Part shown: in pieces, positions 11,174 through 22,987 of the stretch
Layout of the letters: the number at the start of each line of letters is the position of its first letter
Numbering within the stretch: the stretch's first letter is position 1
Notes under the pieces: generated by a model
The model's input: only the letters and a program-made list of their open reading frames with translations
What the model was told of the DNA's origin: nothing
The model's database searches: none
DNA from: an uncultured Nitrososphaeraceae archaeon
GTDB lineage: Archaea > Thermoproteota > Nitrososphaeria > Nitrososphaerales > Nitrososphaeraceae
Direction: 5' to 3'
Length of the DNA: 64,000 nucleotides
Assembly: GCA_963779615.1 (NCBI GenBank)
Contig: CAVZZA010000003.1
Coordinates: 352,001-416,000 of the forward strand
Program-made: the position numbers and the translations under genes

Positions 11174-11585
11174 AACAGGCATTTTGGAGAAGGTTATGTG
11201 AGTACTGACACATTGTGAAGAAAATACCCACTAACAGGATTCAGGGACAAAGAAGGGACTACTCCAGCAAAAATAAAAGCGCATGACCCTACAGCTGCAA
11301 AAAAGATCCAAACTATCAAAAAATAAACGAGTCTGGTAGAACGGGAACAGATGACTGGAAGGCAAAGGAGGAACTCCGCAAGCGTGGAATGACCAAAGTC
11401 GACTAACCCCCATTAGGTACCGCGGGTCAGCAAATGCTATAACAGCACCCTCATAGCTTAATTTAAACACATCCTCATCTTTTTTTACCCTTGATGCTGA
11501 TTGAAAAATGACAGGCGCAAATAAAAAATTAAAATATGCCGATAGTTGATTATAGTCCGGGATTTTTTTAATTCCCCAAAAAAAA

Positions 11586-11864
11586 CTAGGATTTACCAAA
11601 CTTGTGTAATGATAAAATCCCCGTTAGTCTCCCAGTTAACCTCAAATAGACAATTTTATCAAATATTTCTTTTGTAAGTTCCTGCAATTTTTCATCGTCA
11701 TTATAGTCAAATTCACTTTCATAGCTTTTACCAATCCATTCTTTGACTTTAATGTCAAGATCATCAGTGTTTGTGTCTTCAACGGTAGATATGACATTGC
11801 CCTCTAGGACTTGTCTAACAAATTCATTTACTGTCGAATATTGAAATTCAATAAGTGGATGCAT
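11586..11864 (-). CDS. Small hypothetical protein
   Basis: Acidic ORF from MHPLIEFQY; start uncertain. Confidence 0.5.
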   Translation of the reverse strand: MHPLIEFQYSTVNEFVRQVLEGNVISTVEDTNTDDLDIKVKEWIGKSYESEFDYNDDEKLQELTKEIFDKIVYLRLTGRLTGILSLHKFGKS

Positions 11865-12195
11865 TACAACAGTCTTTTTATTTGTAGATATATAACTATA
11901 GCTATAGTCAATGCAAAACCAACTAAAATCTTTTCCCTCGCCATAAGGTATTTGACGCACTGATGATCAAAAAATCGCACAAACCCCTCCCCCACACACA
12001 TACAAAAACAATCAAGCGCAAGCACAACTCCTTTACCTTTTTTTCATTGCTAAAATAGATGAAAACAAATAAACAAACTAAACCGGATATTTTTTTTAAA
12101 CCGCATCATCAACTGTACCGTAAACCATTTTTTTGCGGCTAATTTTTTTTTTAATGTCTGTTGGTTATATACTATGCTGACCAAACAAGAGTAGC

Positions 12196-12396
12196 ATGAC
12201 ACAAAACAATGAAAAGAATTCTGGCGACAGTAGAGGATTAGCCTCTGCAGATGAGAAAACCAGAGAGCGAGTTGCAAAAAAAGGAGGAGATGCGCCCCAT
12301 GAAAAAAGAGGACTGCAGGCTGCCGATGAAAAGACAAGGCAAAGAGTTGCAAGCGAAGGCGGCAAAGCATCACATAAAACCGATAAAGACCAGTAA
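12196..12396 (+). CDS. KGG-motif general stress/hydrophilin protein
   Basis: Duplicated RGLxxADEKTRxRVAxxGG units. Confidence 0.75.
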   Translation: MTQNNEKNSGDSRGLASADEKTRERVAKKGGDAPHEKRGLQAADEKTRQRVASEGGKASHKTDKDQ

Positions 12397-12689
12397 TAAA
12401 AAATACTTATTTTAAATGGATCATATCATTTTGACTTTTCATATTTAAAGTCAAAAATAATCAACAGCAACAAGTTTTCGTCTCAATTGGTTTGCTTAAT
12501 TGTAATACGTTTTGTCAGTTGGTTTTAGTTTACAACCTCTTTTTTAAAAACCCGTGCGATAACTTTCCAATAAAATTGCGAGGATGAATTGCTATCTTTC
12601 GAATTTCTCCTACAAGCAAAAACAATACAAAAATAAAATATGATCCTTAATTTGTAGCTAATTAAATACTTTGTTGACTAATCAATAAC

Positions 12690-12905
12690 ATGAGCACGAG
12701 TTCACAATTAAACAATAATGAATATAATATAATAAGAGCACTAGGGGTTGAATCCGAGTTTATACGCGAAACTATCGACAAATACCAAAAAGACGCCCAA
12801 AATGACAATAAAAATAATCTGGTGGAATTATGGGGCAAGATCAAAAGTGACAGAGAACAGCACATCACACTGTTAAAGGAGGCGCTAAAAGAATATTATA
12901 AATAG
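12690..12905 (+). CDS. Small helical hypothetical protein
   Basis: 71-aa ORF (EYNIIRALG..YQKDA..LWGKIKSD). Confidence 0.65.
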   Translation: MSTSSQLNNNEYNIIRALGVESEFIRETIDKYQKDAQNDNKNNLVELWGKIKSDREQHITLLKEALKEYYK

Positions 12906-13111
12906 TCTCCAACTTTATTTAGTTTTCTTTTTGGCCAGGCTGTAAAAATCATCTCAACCGCAATTGATAAAAAAATCCATTTTATGTAAAACATTCTAAC
13001 ACATTCGGAAACAAAAAAAATAAAGTTTGGTGTTTTTAGCAAAACATTCAACTTGTGTTTGCTTTTGGGTAAATCAAAGGGCAACAAACAAGTTTAACCG
13101 CCTAAAACTGA

Positions 13112-13666
13112 CTACCTTAAATCCTCAGCATTATCCACCATTTCCATCCTTCCCGAAATCCCGGTGGTGATCATTTGAAATCCTGTCACCAAGAGTGCTA
13201 TTCCTATCAGCAGTCCGGCAAAAGCAATACCAAATACAGGAAATATCAAAATCATAACTGCCAAGACGACTGATAAGGCCCCAACACCTACACTAAAGCC
13301 CCTTTTCCAGTTTTTGGCATACTTGTCGCTTATGCCATGAATAATTTTTGAGATACCGCTAAAAAGCAAAGCAACACCAAACAAAGTTATCAAAATTATG
13401 GAGGCTATCAATGGGTATCCTATAGAGATAATCGCGAGTATTATCACGGCAATGCCCAAAGCAATGCCCGCAAAACGAGACCTGTGAGGTGTCAAGACAT
13501 GGCTGACTATCATCTCTATGCCTATAACAAACAAAAGGACACCAACTATCCAAACTAGTGACATAAACCCTAGTACTGGATTTAAAATAACAGCTACAGA
13601 TAATATTACAATTACTATTCCCAGTCCAATTTGAATTGCACGTTGCCATTTGGGGTATTTTGACAT
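13112..13666 (-). CDS. HdeD/DUF308-family membrane protein
   Basis: Six hydrophobic helices in repeated pairs. Confidence 0.8.
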   Translation of the reverse strand: MSKYPKWQRAIQIGLGIVIVILSVAVILNPVLGFMSLVWIVGVLLFVIGIEMIVSHVLTPHRSRFAGIALGIAVIILAIISIGYPLIASIILITLFGVALLFSGISKIIHGISDKYAKNWKRGFSVGVGALSVVLAVMILIFPVFGIAFAGLLIGIALLVTGFQMITTGISGRMEMVDNAEDLR

Positions 13667-14534
13667 GGACGTATCTATCCCATCCCCATCGGACGATACC
13701 TTGAGACTATATCAAACCTTTTTCTTAAATTTGATGCAATGCCCATTTTCTGATTGGATTGTTTAATGATTCCTCTACACAAAAATATCATAAACACAAA
13801 CCTTTATTCAATTATATAAAATTTGAACGATTATTGGTGGTGCCAACTGGCCAGCCTGTTGATTTTTGAAATTTATTCACAATGGATGGATATTCTGTAT
13901 GGATGGAAAGGAGAAAAGCAACGACCAGGCAATCTAGGGCACTTTAAGAAACTCGCTTTTAAAGAAAAGAAAAGAAAAGAAAAGAATTTTTTCTGCCAAC
14001 CATTGTTCATTTTAGATTGTTTTTAAGTTTGTATTGCAAATAAATAAAACCAAATGCAGAAAAAAACATCTTTTATTATCCGATTCCATCGGTTTAGTAG
14101 GCATTGAACTACAAACCGACCCACCACAAGGTTCAAACTATCAAACAAGTATAATTTTCTGGCAATATTTAAAAAAGTTGTTGCCTAAAAACAGTAAATT
14201 GAATTTACAATACTACCCATGTTTTTTCCCTTTCTTTTCCTTGTAGTGTGAATTAAATTTCAACTGTAGCTTCCATCATTATTGTTTTTCAGGCAGATGT
14301 ATCTTTACCCATCAATAAGCATTTTTAGGTGTAGTTTTAGGTTTTACCACACAAAATATCAAATAATAAAGCAGGTGATTTCTTTTGCTGAATGGGTAAC
14401 ATTATGCCTTTTTTATATTCAACAATTCAGCTTTCTCCAAGTCAATGAAGATGGTTCGATCACATAACTATGATTAACCGGGCACTGAAACCTTTAAGAA
14501 GTTATACTTGTAGAATACATGATAGAGGGGTCAG

Positions 14535-15755
14535 TTAGCCGTCTACCCCATACTCACTAGTCGAGTGAGAAGGTTTGTCTTTGAACCTTTCTGCCAGTTT
14601 CCAACCCAATTTAATGAAATACGGAGAAAGAAATGTAGAGATGATTGTTATTGTTCCTACAATAGGTAAAATAAAAGGACTCGCAACCCCAATGTCTATC
14701 CCACCCTTTGCCACAATCAGAGACATCTCCCCACCTCTTGACGAAGAAAGGCCAACCCCTGTTTGAAATGCAATATATTTGCTAAAGCCCTGGTATCTTG
14801 AGGCGAGAAACACGATTATGAATTTCGCCAGGGATGTGGCACCCACTAACACCAACGCAGGAATAATAAATATTGGCAGCAGTTTAATATCCATCAATGC
14901 ACCAACCGATACGAAAAACAATGCAACAAACATATCCCTGATAGGGGTTGTAAGGATACTCGTGACTGAATGTGTTTTTGACTCTGCAATTAGCACTCCT
15001 GCAAAAAATGCCCCAACAGCAACAGATATACCCAATAAATTGGAAATATATGCAAACCCAAAAGCGAGACCCAAAACAGCAACAACCAAAACATCGCTCT
15101 GATTGGTCCTTGCTACGAAATCCACCAATCGAGGTATGATTCGGGAGCCAATTATCAAAACCCCGCCAATAAAGGCCAATGTAATACCTATTGGTATTAC
15201 GATCTCTGTTAATGAAATACTGCCAGAAATGCTTACCTTTTGCAAAAGGGCAAATATTGACAATATAACAATATCCTCTATTATCAAAATACCCATTGTA
15301 AGATAGGAAGCCTCTTCCCTTACCACCTTCAGCTCCTCCAAAATTTTCATAATAATTACAGTACTTGACACTGAAAGTGCCACAGCCAAAAAGAGACTAT
15401 CGTATAAAGAAAATCCCAAGGCCTGTCCTACAAAATACCCTGCAATCAGGGTTCCTGCCTGCTCAGCAACCGTTATTATGGTGGCCCTTTTGCCAATACT
15501 CTTTAGTTTTTGTATTGGAAATTCCATTCCCACAGTAAACAACAGCAAAATTATTCCAATCTCCGCAAAGAGGTTTAGAACATCAGTATTGCTTATGAGA
15601 TTGAATGGTGGGGTGTGTGGCCCGATTATTATACCCGCTCCTATGTACCCAAGAATTAGTGGCTGTTTTAATTTATAAGAAATTATTGTCATAACTGATG
15701 CGACTATCATTATTACCGCGAAATCTTGCAAAATTTGAGCAATTTCTAGTGCCAC
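14535..15755 (-). CDS. Cation:proton antiporter (CPA2/Kef-type)
   Basis: LGYIGAGIIIGP, LLFTVGMEF, SSTVII, ILIIED, FFVSVG; ~12 TM segments. Confidence 0.9.
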   Translation of the reverse strand: MALEIAQILQDFAVIMIVASVMTIISYKLKQPLILGYIGAGIIIGPHTPPFNLISNTDVLNLFAEIGIILLLFTVGMEFPIQKLKSIGKRATIITVAEQAGTLIAGYFVGQALGFSLYDSLFLAVALSVSSTVIIMKILEELKVVREEASYLTMGILIIEDIVILSIFALLQKVSISGSISLTEIVIPIGITLAFIGGVLIIGSRIIPRLVDFVARTNQSDVLVVAVLGLAFGFAYISNLLGISVAVGAFFAGVLIAESKTHSVTSILTTPIRDMFVALFFVSVGALMDIKLLPIFIIPALVLVGATSLAKFIIVFLASRYQGFSKYIAFQTGVGLSSSRGGEMSLIVAKGGIDIGVASPFILPIVGTITIISTFLSPYFIKLGWKLAERFKDKPSHSTSEYGVDG

Positions 15756-15939
15756 AATAAAAATTCATATTGATATTATATAAATAATTGTAATTGTTTT
15801 ATAGATTTTATCAAAATTACAAACAGGATAAAAAAGGCAAAATAGCGATCCTGTCTGTTTTCTATCAAAGCATTTCATCATTATTGTTTTATTGATGCAT
15901 TACACCACCCCCATCTATGCCCTTAAAAAAAATATCTTC

Positions 15940-16341
15940 TTATCTTTGACCTTCCCAATACTCCTCATCGCGTGTTCTTCTAAAAGAAGCCCCCATTGAT
16001 GCAGTGCCCCTTGGTATATGAGTGCCCTTTATCTCCTCAACATCATCATGGTTACTAATTTCTTCGAGCATTTGTAACGTTATCCTGTGTGCGGCCACCA
16101 TATGGGTTCCGTTCTCCAGGAATGAAGCCGACACGCCAGTTTTTCTGGCTAGTTCATCTTTTATCCTCTCTACATTCTTATTTGTTTTTAAGAATACCTC
16201 CAATGTGTACATTGGTGATTGATCTTTTTTCATTAGGACAAGCAATTCGGTAATTAGTTTTTTATCAACTTTAGGTAGACATGCACTCATTGCATTTTCA
16301 TATTCTTGAAACTTGTCTTTAAGATCTTCAATACAACTCAT
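15940..16341 (-). CDS. Hypothetical protein
   Basis: 133-aa ORF with upstream TATA-like sequence. Confidence 0.7.
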   Translation of the reverse strand: MSCIEDLKDKFQEYENAMSACLPKVDKKLITELLVLMKKDQSPMYTLEVFLKTNKNVERIKDELARKTGVSASFLENGTHMVAAHRITLQMLEEISNHDDVEEIKGTHIPRGTASMGASFRRTRDEEYWEGQR

Positions 16342-16696
16342 GAGTTTTATGGTTTAATCTTTTTATAAAAACATATCTTAAGCCATCATTTACCAGAGAA
16401 TTTTGTGACCTTTACACCTTGCCGAATATCATGGATCAATTGAATAACGTATATACTATGAAGCATACAGTAGGAAAAAACGACGACATCCAGAATATTT
16501 ACGCCAAACGCCCCCAAGGTTAATTACAAACTTTACTACCAATTGCCATCCATAGAAGAAAATAGTTACGACGACATTTTGGGTAAAAGATTAACTGGTG
16601 AACAATCTTCTCCACCTCCACATCCACCTCTTCACAAATTGAACCAATAACACAACTATTATATGATGATTCAGTCCACCTCTCCAGAGAATAAAA

Positions 16697-16772
16697 GCTC
16701 CGGTGGTGTAGTCCGGTTAAGCATTTCGCCCTCTCAAGGCGACGATCCCGGGTTCAAATCCCGGCCGGAGCA
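16697..16772 (+). tRNA. tRNA-Glu (anticodon CTC)
   Basis: Acceptor GCTCCGG/CCGGAGC-A, anticodon arm TCGCC-CTCTCAA-GGCGA, T-loop TTCAAAT. Confidence 0.95.
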
Positions 16773-16853
16773 TTTCCTTTTCTGTTCCAGACTATTCCAA
16801 CAATTGCGACAACAACGGCAAAATTTTATCAAAAAGCTGTACAGAAGATGAAA

Positions 16854-17467
16854 AAATTGGATATCGAGACAAGAACTGCAACAGGGCTATGGGACATGGT
16901 GAAAAGGACTGGGTCAACTGGGTCACCTTACCAAATTCGGTAAGATTGGAAAGCGGAAACAGACCGAATGAGGTGTGGCCTGACTTTAAGAACTACCTAT
17001 GTGCTGAAAGACAGAGCACAAGCAGCATAAGGGACAAGGTTAGTTATGCCAAACGGTATTGCCATGTCCTTGGCACAGGAAATGCATCCGAGTTGCAGCC
17101 GCTATCCGCTGACAAAAAGTCCCACGCAATGAAGGCATTGGCGTCACTGGCAAAGTTCACCGGCAGGTATGATGAATGGCTTGACATTGTAAAGAGATAC
17201 CACCTAAGGTGGTCCAATGGCGGCAATTCTGTTAAAGCCTTTAAAAGCATTTTTGACAGCGAGGGTGAGGGCAAGAACTTTGACTCAATGGCAAGGTGGA
17301 TCAGGGATGTCTCGGCGACCCTGCCTGCAGAATACAAAAATATCCTGGCGTTCAACACGCTAACCGGCCTTAGGCCAGATTAAGCCCAAAAGTCCATTCA
17401 CTTGATAAAGACAAATGGGAAAGAATACATAGACATAGACAGGATGATACTAAAGCACTACCACTGA
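16854..17467 (+). pseudogene. Tyrosine integrase C-terminal part, int(C), with nonsense stop at 17381-17383 and truncation
   Basis: FNTLTGLRPD*AQKSIHLIK...RMILKHYH*; the TGLRxxE catalytic Arg box has E replaced by a stop. Confidence 0.8.
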
Positions 17468-18053
17468 ACAAAGCACAGGAAATGTTGACGGTATCCATTC
17501 TCTACGGCAGTGACGCTGTCAAAGCGGCGCCAAAATGACTTTTGTCCGATGGCAAGGACGTTGGCAACTGTTGAGGTGGCCCCTGACTTTAACAAGATGC
17601 ACCCATACTTGCAAAGCCAGATGAATGGCCATACCCTGGGATGTTTATAATATCAAGGTCACAAGTTTGGCAGAAAAATGGAGGATATGGACTTGCCCAC
17701 CACAAACAAATTGTTAAAGATGTTTTATTTTCCTTTTCCTTGAAGGCATTTTCAGGGGTTGTATTTTTTTGAATCCATTTCCAGATGGAGACATGGCCTT
17801 CGTGAGCAATTCTGTACGATGCCCTTGCGGTCTTGCTACAGGAAGGACCCGGAAGGCAAGGTACAGGGAATAAGCGACACCCTTTGGCTTGACTCGTTGG
17901 CTTGGGTATTCCAATATTGCTCACTACATAACTATATCTATGACATTTTCAAGTTAACAGGGGCTTTCAAATTGTCGATACCCACATGTAAAAGATTCAA
18001 ATGCAACGTTTTTCTCCAAATAAGGGAAAAGTGTTCTTTACTTGCTTTCCACG

Positions 18054-18299
18054 CTAACACATTCGTCCAATTGGGCATTGGATTTGGGTGGGGTTGTCTT
18101 TATGGGCTTTATTGGCAGATAGTTCATCAGTGTTTGCTTTTTGGTTATCACTGCTATTGATATTGTTGCTGTTGTCTGTTTGTGCGTAAACCAATGCAAT
18201 GTCTGATGTTGGCAGATTGCCGCTGCTTGCTGTCCCAACTGAAAAAAACACAATAATTGCTGCCGCTAATGCCGGCAACAGAAATAATTTCTTGTTCAT
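18054..18299 (-). CDS. Small secreted protein
   Basis: Signal peptide MNKKLFLLPALAAAII...VYAQ. Confidence 0.55.
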   Translation of the reverse strand: MNKKLFLLPALAAAIIVFFSVGTASSGNLPTSDIALVYAQTDNSNNINSSDNQKANTDELSANKAHKDNPTQIQCPIGRMC

Positions 18300-18494
18300 T
18301 GTTTTTGGCTTAATGGAGTCAGATTTAAGTGATTCTTCTATATAATGCCTTTGGGCAGACAGAGTTCGAGGTTAACGGTCACCCACAGGCTATTTTGGGG
18401 CCGGCACTGGAGCCACGGCGGCATTGGCCGCCGTCTTTGGATGAAAGGTTAGAAAATTTTTTTACCTATAAGGTTATGGCCATAAAAAAATACG

Positions 18495-19706
18495 CTAGGC
18501 GGGCCTTCCATAGGCGTTGGTTACTGTGCATGTGGCCGCCTGTCCCGCGTTATTTATTGTGCCGTTGCACCCTTCCGAAAATGTCGTTGTGAGGGGGGCT
18601 ATCACCGAGACGGTGTCACCAGCAGAGTTTGCCACATACAAAAACCCGTTGTCTTCATTAAAGGTGATGCCTCTTGGAGCGTTTCCCACGGGTATGGGTG
18701 AGCCCACAACAGTGTTTGTTGTGCCGTCTATCACGGAGACGGTGTCACTAATCAGGTTTGTCACGTATAAGAAACCGTTGTCTGGGTTGAAGGCGATGCC
18801 AATTGGAGTGTCTCCCACAGGTATTGGAGACCCAACAACCGTGTTTGTTGTGCCGTCTATCACGGAGACGGTGTCATCATCAGCGTTAGCCACATACAAA
18901 AACCCGTTGTCTGGGTTGAAGGCGATGCCAATTGGGTTGTTTCCCACAGGTATGGGAGACCCAACAACCGTGTTTGTTGTGCCGTCTATCACGGAGACGG
19001 TGTCAAAAATAGAGTTTGTCACGTACAGATTGCCGTTGATGGGGTTGAAGGCGATGCCTCTTGGATTGTTTCCCACAGGTATAGTATCTATAACAAATCC
19101 AGGCGGTGCGTTACTCTCCATTATATGGTATGTAACAGGGAATGGAGGGTTTATCGTCAGTGGTGTTCCGCTCTCTGAGCCATCAAAGGAGAGAGAGGAC
19201 CCGTTGCCTGTGGTTGCGGTGATGTTAAATGTGTTGGCGGTGGGACATTCAACCATAGTAGAAGCAAAATTACAGACGACATGTTTGGCTACTGTCAAAG
19301 TACTTGTTGTTGGTGTTGGTGTTGGTGTTGGTGCTGTTCCGTTCCCCGCTGTTTGTGGTGTTGGTGTTGTTGATAACGCAGGTTGCTGCTGTTGTTGGAT
19401 GTTTTTGCTCTGGTCGTTAAAGCCTGATGCTTCATTGTCTTTTCCTGTTATTTGCTCACCTTCATTTGCCTGCTCGCAACCGTCAGGCCTATAGCATAAG
19501 TCATCTTGATCCAAATGCTGATTTGAGCGCTCTGACTTAGAGTCTATGTCCTTGTGTATGCTGTCTTTGTAGTCTTTGGTGGTTTTATGATCGCCATTGT
19601 CACCAGCGACGGCGGCGGCATAAGACTACACCGGAGCCAGGTTTGGCCCACTGACCAGCAAAGATGTTAATGAAGATAATATCAACAGAATCTGCAAAAT
19701 GCTCAT
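18495..19706 (-). pseudogene. Secreted YVTN-repeat beta-propeller protein with an in-frame TAG (19626-19628) after the signal peptide
   Basis: Four ~43-aa IPVG..P.GIAFNP.NG.LYV.N...DTVSVID repeats; upstream in-frame MSILQILLILSS...APV*SYAAA. Confidence 0.8.
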
Positions 19707-19904
19707 ATATGGTATATTGACCGTTTTGGGGCTTATTTGGGGTAGGCTATATAATACCTCAAGTTATTTTTGTGTTTATCGTCCTGCGAAAAACAGCATA
19801 ACACTGAAACCGAACAAACTAGAAGAAACGTTTACGGTATCTTCGATTTCTATGATGCACTATTCAGCCGTCCTTGGCAAACATCAACCCCCTTGACAGC
19901 AGCT

Positions 19905-20498
19905 TTAAAACTGTCTTGCCTGCCGACTCCTTTCCAAAAGCATCGCGTCATAGTGATCTATCCTTCTCATGAGCTCGTCTACATCCCTTTCCAGCTGGAA
20001 CTTTGTAGAGTTCAGCCTACCAATGTCAGCCGCAGTCTCAATGAGGGCTTGGTCCAGATTCCTGAGTTCCCCTGCCGCCCCTATAATACGGTGGATGTCC
20101 TTTTTGGTGGCTAGGCCCTCCCACTTAGCTGACTGTAAAGATACTCTAGTAGGCTGAACTCCTCATCACCCATCTCCCGATAGAGGGTCATCAACTTTTG
20201 CAGGTTCAAAAGGCGCAAATAGTCACCATACACCCCCAATACCTCGTCTGTTTCCATGTCCAGGGCGATTGCCGTATCGACCAAGCTCTTGCCCTCTTTG
20301 AACAGTCTGAAGGCTTTGGAGCACACTGATAAGCCTTTTTCACGGTATGGAGGTTCCCTCCTCACCAGCGTACCTTCTGAGTATGGTCCCAATGTCCTTA
20401 AGGGAGACATGCGCCACCTGTGCTATGTCCCTTGTGGTCTTGCCTTCCTTTGCCAGTTTTATTACAAGTGTCTCCTTTTCCTTTCGGGTTAAAATCAC
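19905..20498 (-). pseudogene. HTH DNA-binding protein of thaumarchaeal mobile elements, frameshifted
   Basis: VILTRKEKETLVIKLAKEGKTTRDIAQVAHVSLKDIG, then in another frame SKAFRLFKEGKSLVDTAIALDM; homologous to 58414-58977. Confidence 0.7.
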
Positions 20499-20816
20499 TC
20501 TAGACGCATGTACATATGGCCAAAGTATTAAAAAAGTCCTGATTCCCTGATTTTTTATGTCATTTTATGACGCTGTTGCAGGGTCAATCAACATATGACA
20601 AGCGCTATAATTCCCAAACAAGTGATGCTTTAAAAGCCACACAGGCACCTAGCAGCCAACAAAGTGAGTTGTTTTTAGACGCCCAGCTCCAACAAATTGC
20701 GGCCAGCAGGATCAAGCAGAACACAGAACATGCTAGAACAATCAAGGGTGTTCCATATCAAAGCTCGATTTGGACTTGTATTTAGGCAATAAGGGTAGTT
20801 CAACCTTATTATTAAA

Positions 20817-20940
20817 TAGAACATATAGAACAATATATACATATATTATACATTCCCAAGAATATGGCTCTCTTTTTTGTCACCACATTTAAAATATAAG
20901 TGGACATAGGGTACAGATGTTCTAAATGTTCTATGTTCTA
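20817..20940. repeat. Iteron-like cluster: direct TAGAACA boxes facing inverted TGTTCTA boxes
   Basis: TAGAACATATAGAACA (20817) ... TGTTCTAAATGTTCTATGTTCTA (to 20940). Confidence 0.6.
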
Positions 20941-20978
20941 TCTTAAACATTTAATACTTTTTTGTCCACTATGTTGAC

Positions 20979-21055
20979 TATGTCATTCCTCTCCAAGTCA
21001 GAGATCCAATACCTTCAGGTCCAAAAGCAGGTTTCAGGGTCCTATGGGTGCAAGG
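20979..21055 (+). pseudogene. Second integrase N-terminal remnant
   Basis: MSFLSKSEIQYLQVQKQVSGSYGCK versus MSLLSKSETLYLQGQKPVSKSYEYK at 22988. Confidence 0.65.
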
Positions 21056-21221
21056 CAAGGACTATTTTTCCTTGGGCCCATGAAATGGATACTACGCTGT
21101 TTCCCGATTTTGGCCTGACTAATAGGAAAATGCTCGGTGTGTCAAGGTGTGTTCCCTTGGGACAAACTCAAGGGTTACAAGACATGGTTTCCGAGGAACA
21201 GGCGCAACGGAAACGACCTCT

Positions 21222-22898
21222 ATGAGCAATAAACCCGGGGGGCTTCCGCTAAGCAGAGCCCATGTCGAGCAGATATTTCCGAAATTAACCCCAGCACAGA
21301 TTAATCGAATTGCAGCGCGTGGGGGGCACATGCGTGCGATGGAACCTGGGGACGTGCTCGTCGAGCAGGGGGACAGCGCCACACCGTTCTTTGTGGTGGT
21401 CTCGGGCGAGCTTGAGATTGTGCGTCCCTGCGGCGCCGTTGAGACACTCATCACCGTACATGGCCCAGGCCAATTCACAGGCGAGCTCAACATGCTCTCC
21501 GGCCGCCGGGCCCTCTTTCGAGCACGCGCCACGAAGGCGGGCAGCGTGATTGAACTTGACCGGCAACATATGATGGCTTTGATGCAGGGTGATGACGAGC
21601 TTGGCGAGATCCTGATGCGGGCTTTCATCCTCCGCAGGGTTGAGTTGGTGGCCGCTGGCGTTGGAGATGTTGTGCTCATCGGGTCAGCAAATTCTGCCGG
21701 CACGTTTCGAATAAAAGAGTTTCTGATGCGCAACGGCCACCCCTACCACTACATAGACCTTGAGCGCGATCCAGACGTGCAGAGCCTGCTGGACAATTTC
21801 CATGTTTTAGCAAGCGAGATACCCGTTGTGATCTGCCAGGGCAAGCTTGTGCTTAGAAACCCCAGCAACAGGCAAATCGCAGACTGTCTTGGCTTCAACG
21901 AACCCATCGACCAGACCCAGGTACGCGATCTCGTAATCATCGGCGCCGGCCCATCCGGGTTGGCTGCGGCAGTGTATGGCGCCTCCGAGGGGCTTGACGT
22001 TCTTGTGCTGGAGACGAGCTCGCCCGGGGGCCAGGCCGGCTCAAGCTCTAAAATCGAAAACTACCTTGGGTTTCCAACCGGCATCTCGGGTCAGGAGCTT
22101 GCAGCTCGCGCGTACAACCAGGCGCAAAAGTTCGGAGCGGAGATGCGCATCACCAGGGGCATGCGACTCACCTGCGACCGCAAGCCATACATAGTAGAAG
22201 TCGAGAATGGGGGCCGAATTCCGGCCCGAACCGTCATAATTGCAACCGGGGCCGAGTACCGGAGGCCTCCATGCAAGGACCTGCAGCGCTTTGAGGGGGC
22301 TGGTGTGTATTATGGCGCAACCTTTCTGGAAGCGCAGATGTGTGTAGGAGAAGAGGTGATTGTGGTTGGCGGCGGAAATTCGGCCGGCCAGGCTGCCGTT
22401 TTTTTGGCCCAGAAGGCAAAGCGTGTCCATATGCTTGTTAGGTCTGCCGGTTTGGTCGACAGCATGTCGCGATACCTTATCCGCCGCATAGAGGAGAATC
22501 CCACTATTGCATTGCGGACGCACACCGAGATCGGGGCGCTCGAAGGGGAAAGTCACCTGGAATCTGTTAGGTGGCAAAACAGCCAAACGGGGCGGACTGA
22601 GGATCACAGCATCAGGAACGTGTTCGTCATGGCCGGTGCTGCCCCGAACACCACTTGGCTTGGTGGCTGCGTCGCCCTCGACCCAAAGGGCTTCATCAAG
22701 ACAGGCCCCGATCTGTCGCCAGAGAACCTTGGCACTGCAGGCTGGCCCCTTGCCCGTCAGCCATATCTGCTCGAAACCAGTTTGCCTGGGATTTTTGCTG
22801 TTGGGGACGTGCGTGGGGGCAGCATAAAGCGGGTTGCCTCCGCTGTGGGCGAGGGGTCAATCGCCATCTCGTTTGTCCATCAAGTGCTTCGTGAATGA
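21222..22898 (+). CDS. Cyclic-nucleotide-binding domain fused to thioredoxin-reductase-like FAD oxidoreductase
   Basis: cNMP domain (GDVLVEQGD, GQFTGEL), GAGPSG, VGGGNSAGQAA, FAVGDVR...KRVASAVGEG; GC-rich relative to the flanks. Start taken at the ATG at 21222. Confidence 0.9.
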   Translation: MSNKPGGLPLSRAHVEQIFPKLTPAQINRIAARGGHMRAMEPGDVLVEQGDSATPFFVVVSGELEIVRPCGAVETLITVHGPGQFTGELNMLSGRRALFRARATKAGSVIELDRQHMMALMQGDDELGEILMRAFILRRVELVAAGVGDVVLIGSANSAGTFRIKEFLMRNGHPYHYIDLERDPDVQSLLDNFHVLASEIPVVICQGKLVLRNPSNRQIADCLGFNEPIDQTQVRDLVIIGAGPSGLAAAVYGASEGLDVLVLETSSPGGQAGSSSKIENYLGFPTGISGQELAARAYNQAQKFGAEMRITRGMRLTCDRKPYIVEVENGGRIPARTVIIATGAEYRRPPCKDLQRFEGAGVYYGATFLEAQMCVGEEVIVVGGGNSAGQAAVFLAQKAKRVHMLVRSAGLVDSMSRYLIRRIEENPTIALRTHTEIGALEGESHLESVRWQNSQTGRTEDHSIRNVFVMAGAAPNTTWLGGCVALDPKGFIKTGPDLSPENLGTAGWPLARQPYLLETSLPGIFAVGDVRGGSIKRVASAVGEGSIAISFVHQVLRE

Positions 22899-22987
22899 AG
22901 CAGCAGGCAAGTCAAACGCGACGGGTTTGACTTTCTACCGTCCCCGGCCCAAAAAACCTTATTAGTGTAAGACGGGCTGCTTTAACC

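Noticed and set aside
18517-19494. 325-aa plus-strand ORF
   Set aside because: Antisense shadow of the YVTN repeat gene.
21119-22894. Many overlapping ORFs in alternative frames
   Set aside because: Expected in a GC-rich gene; the reductase frame explains the region.
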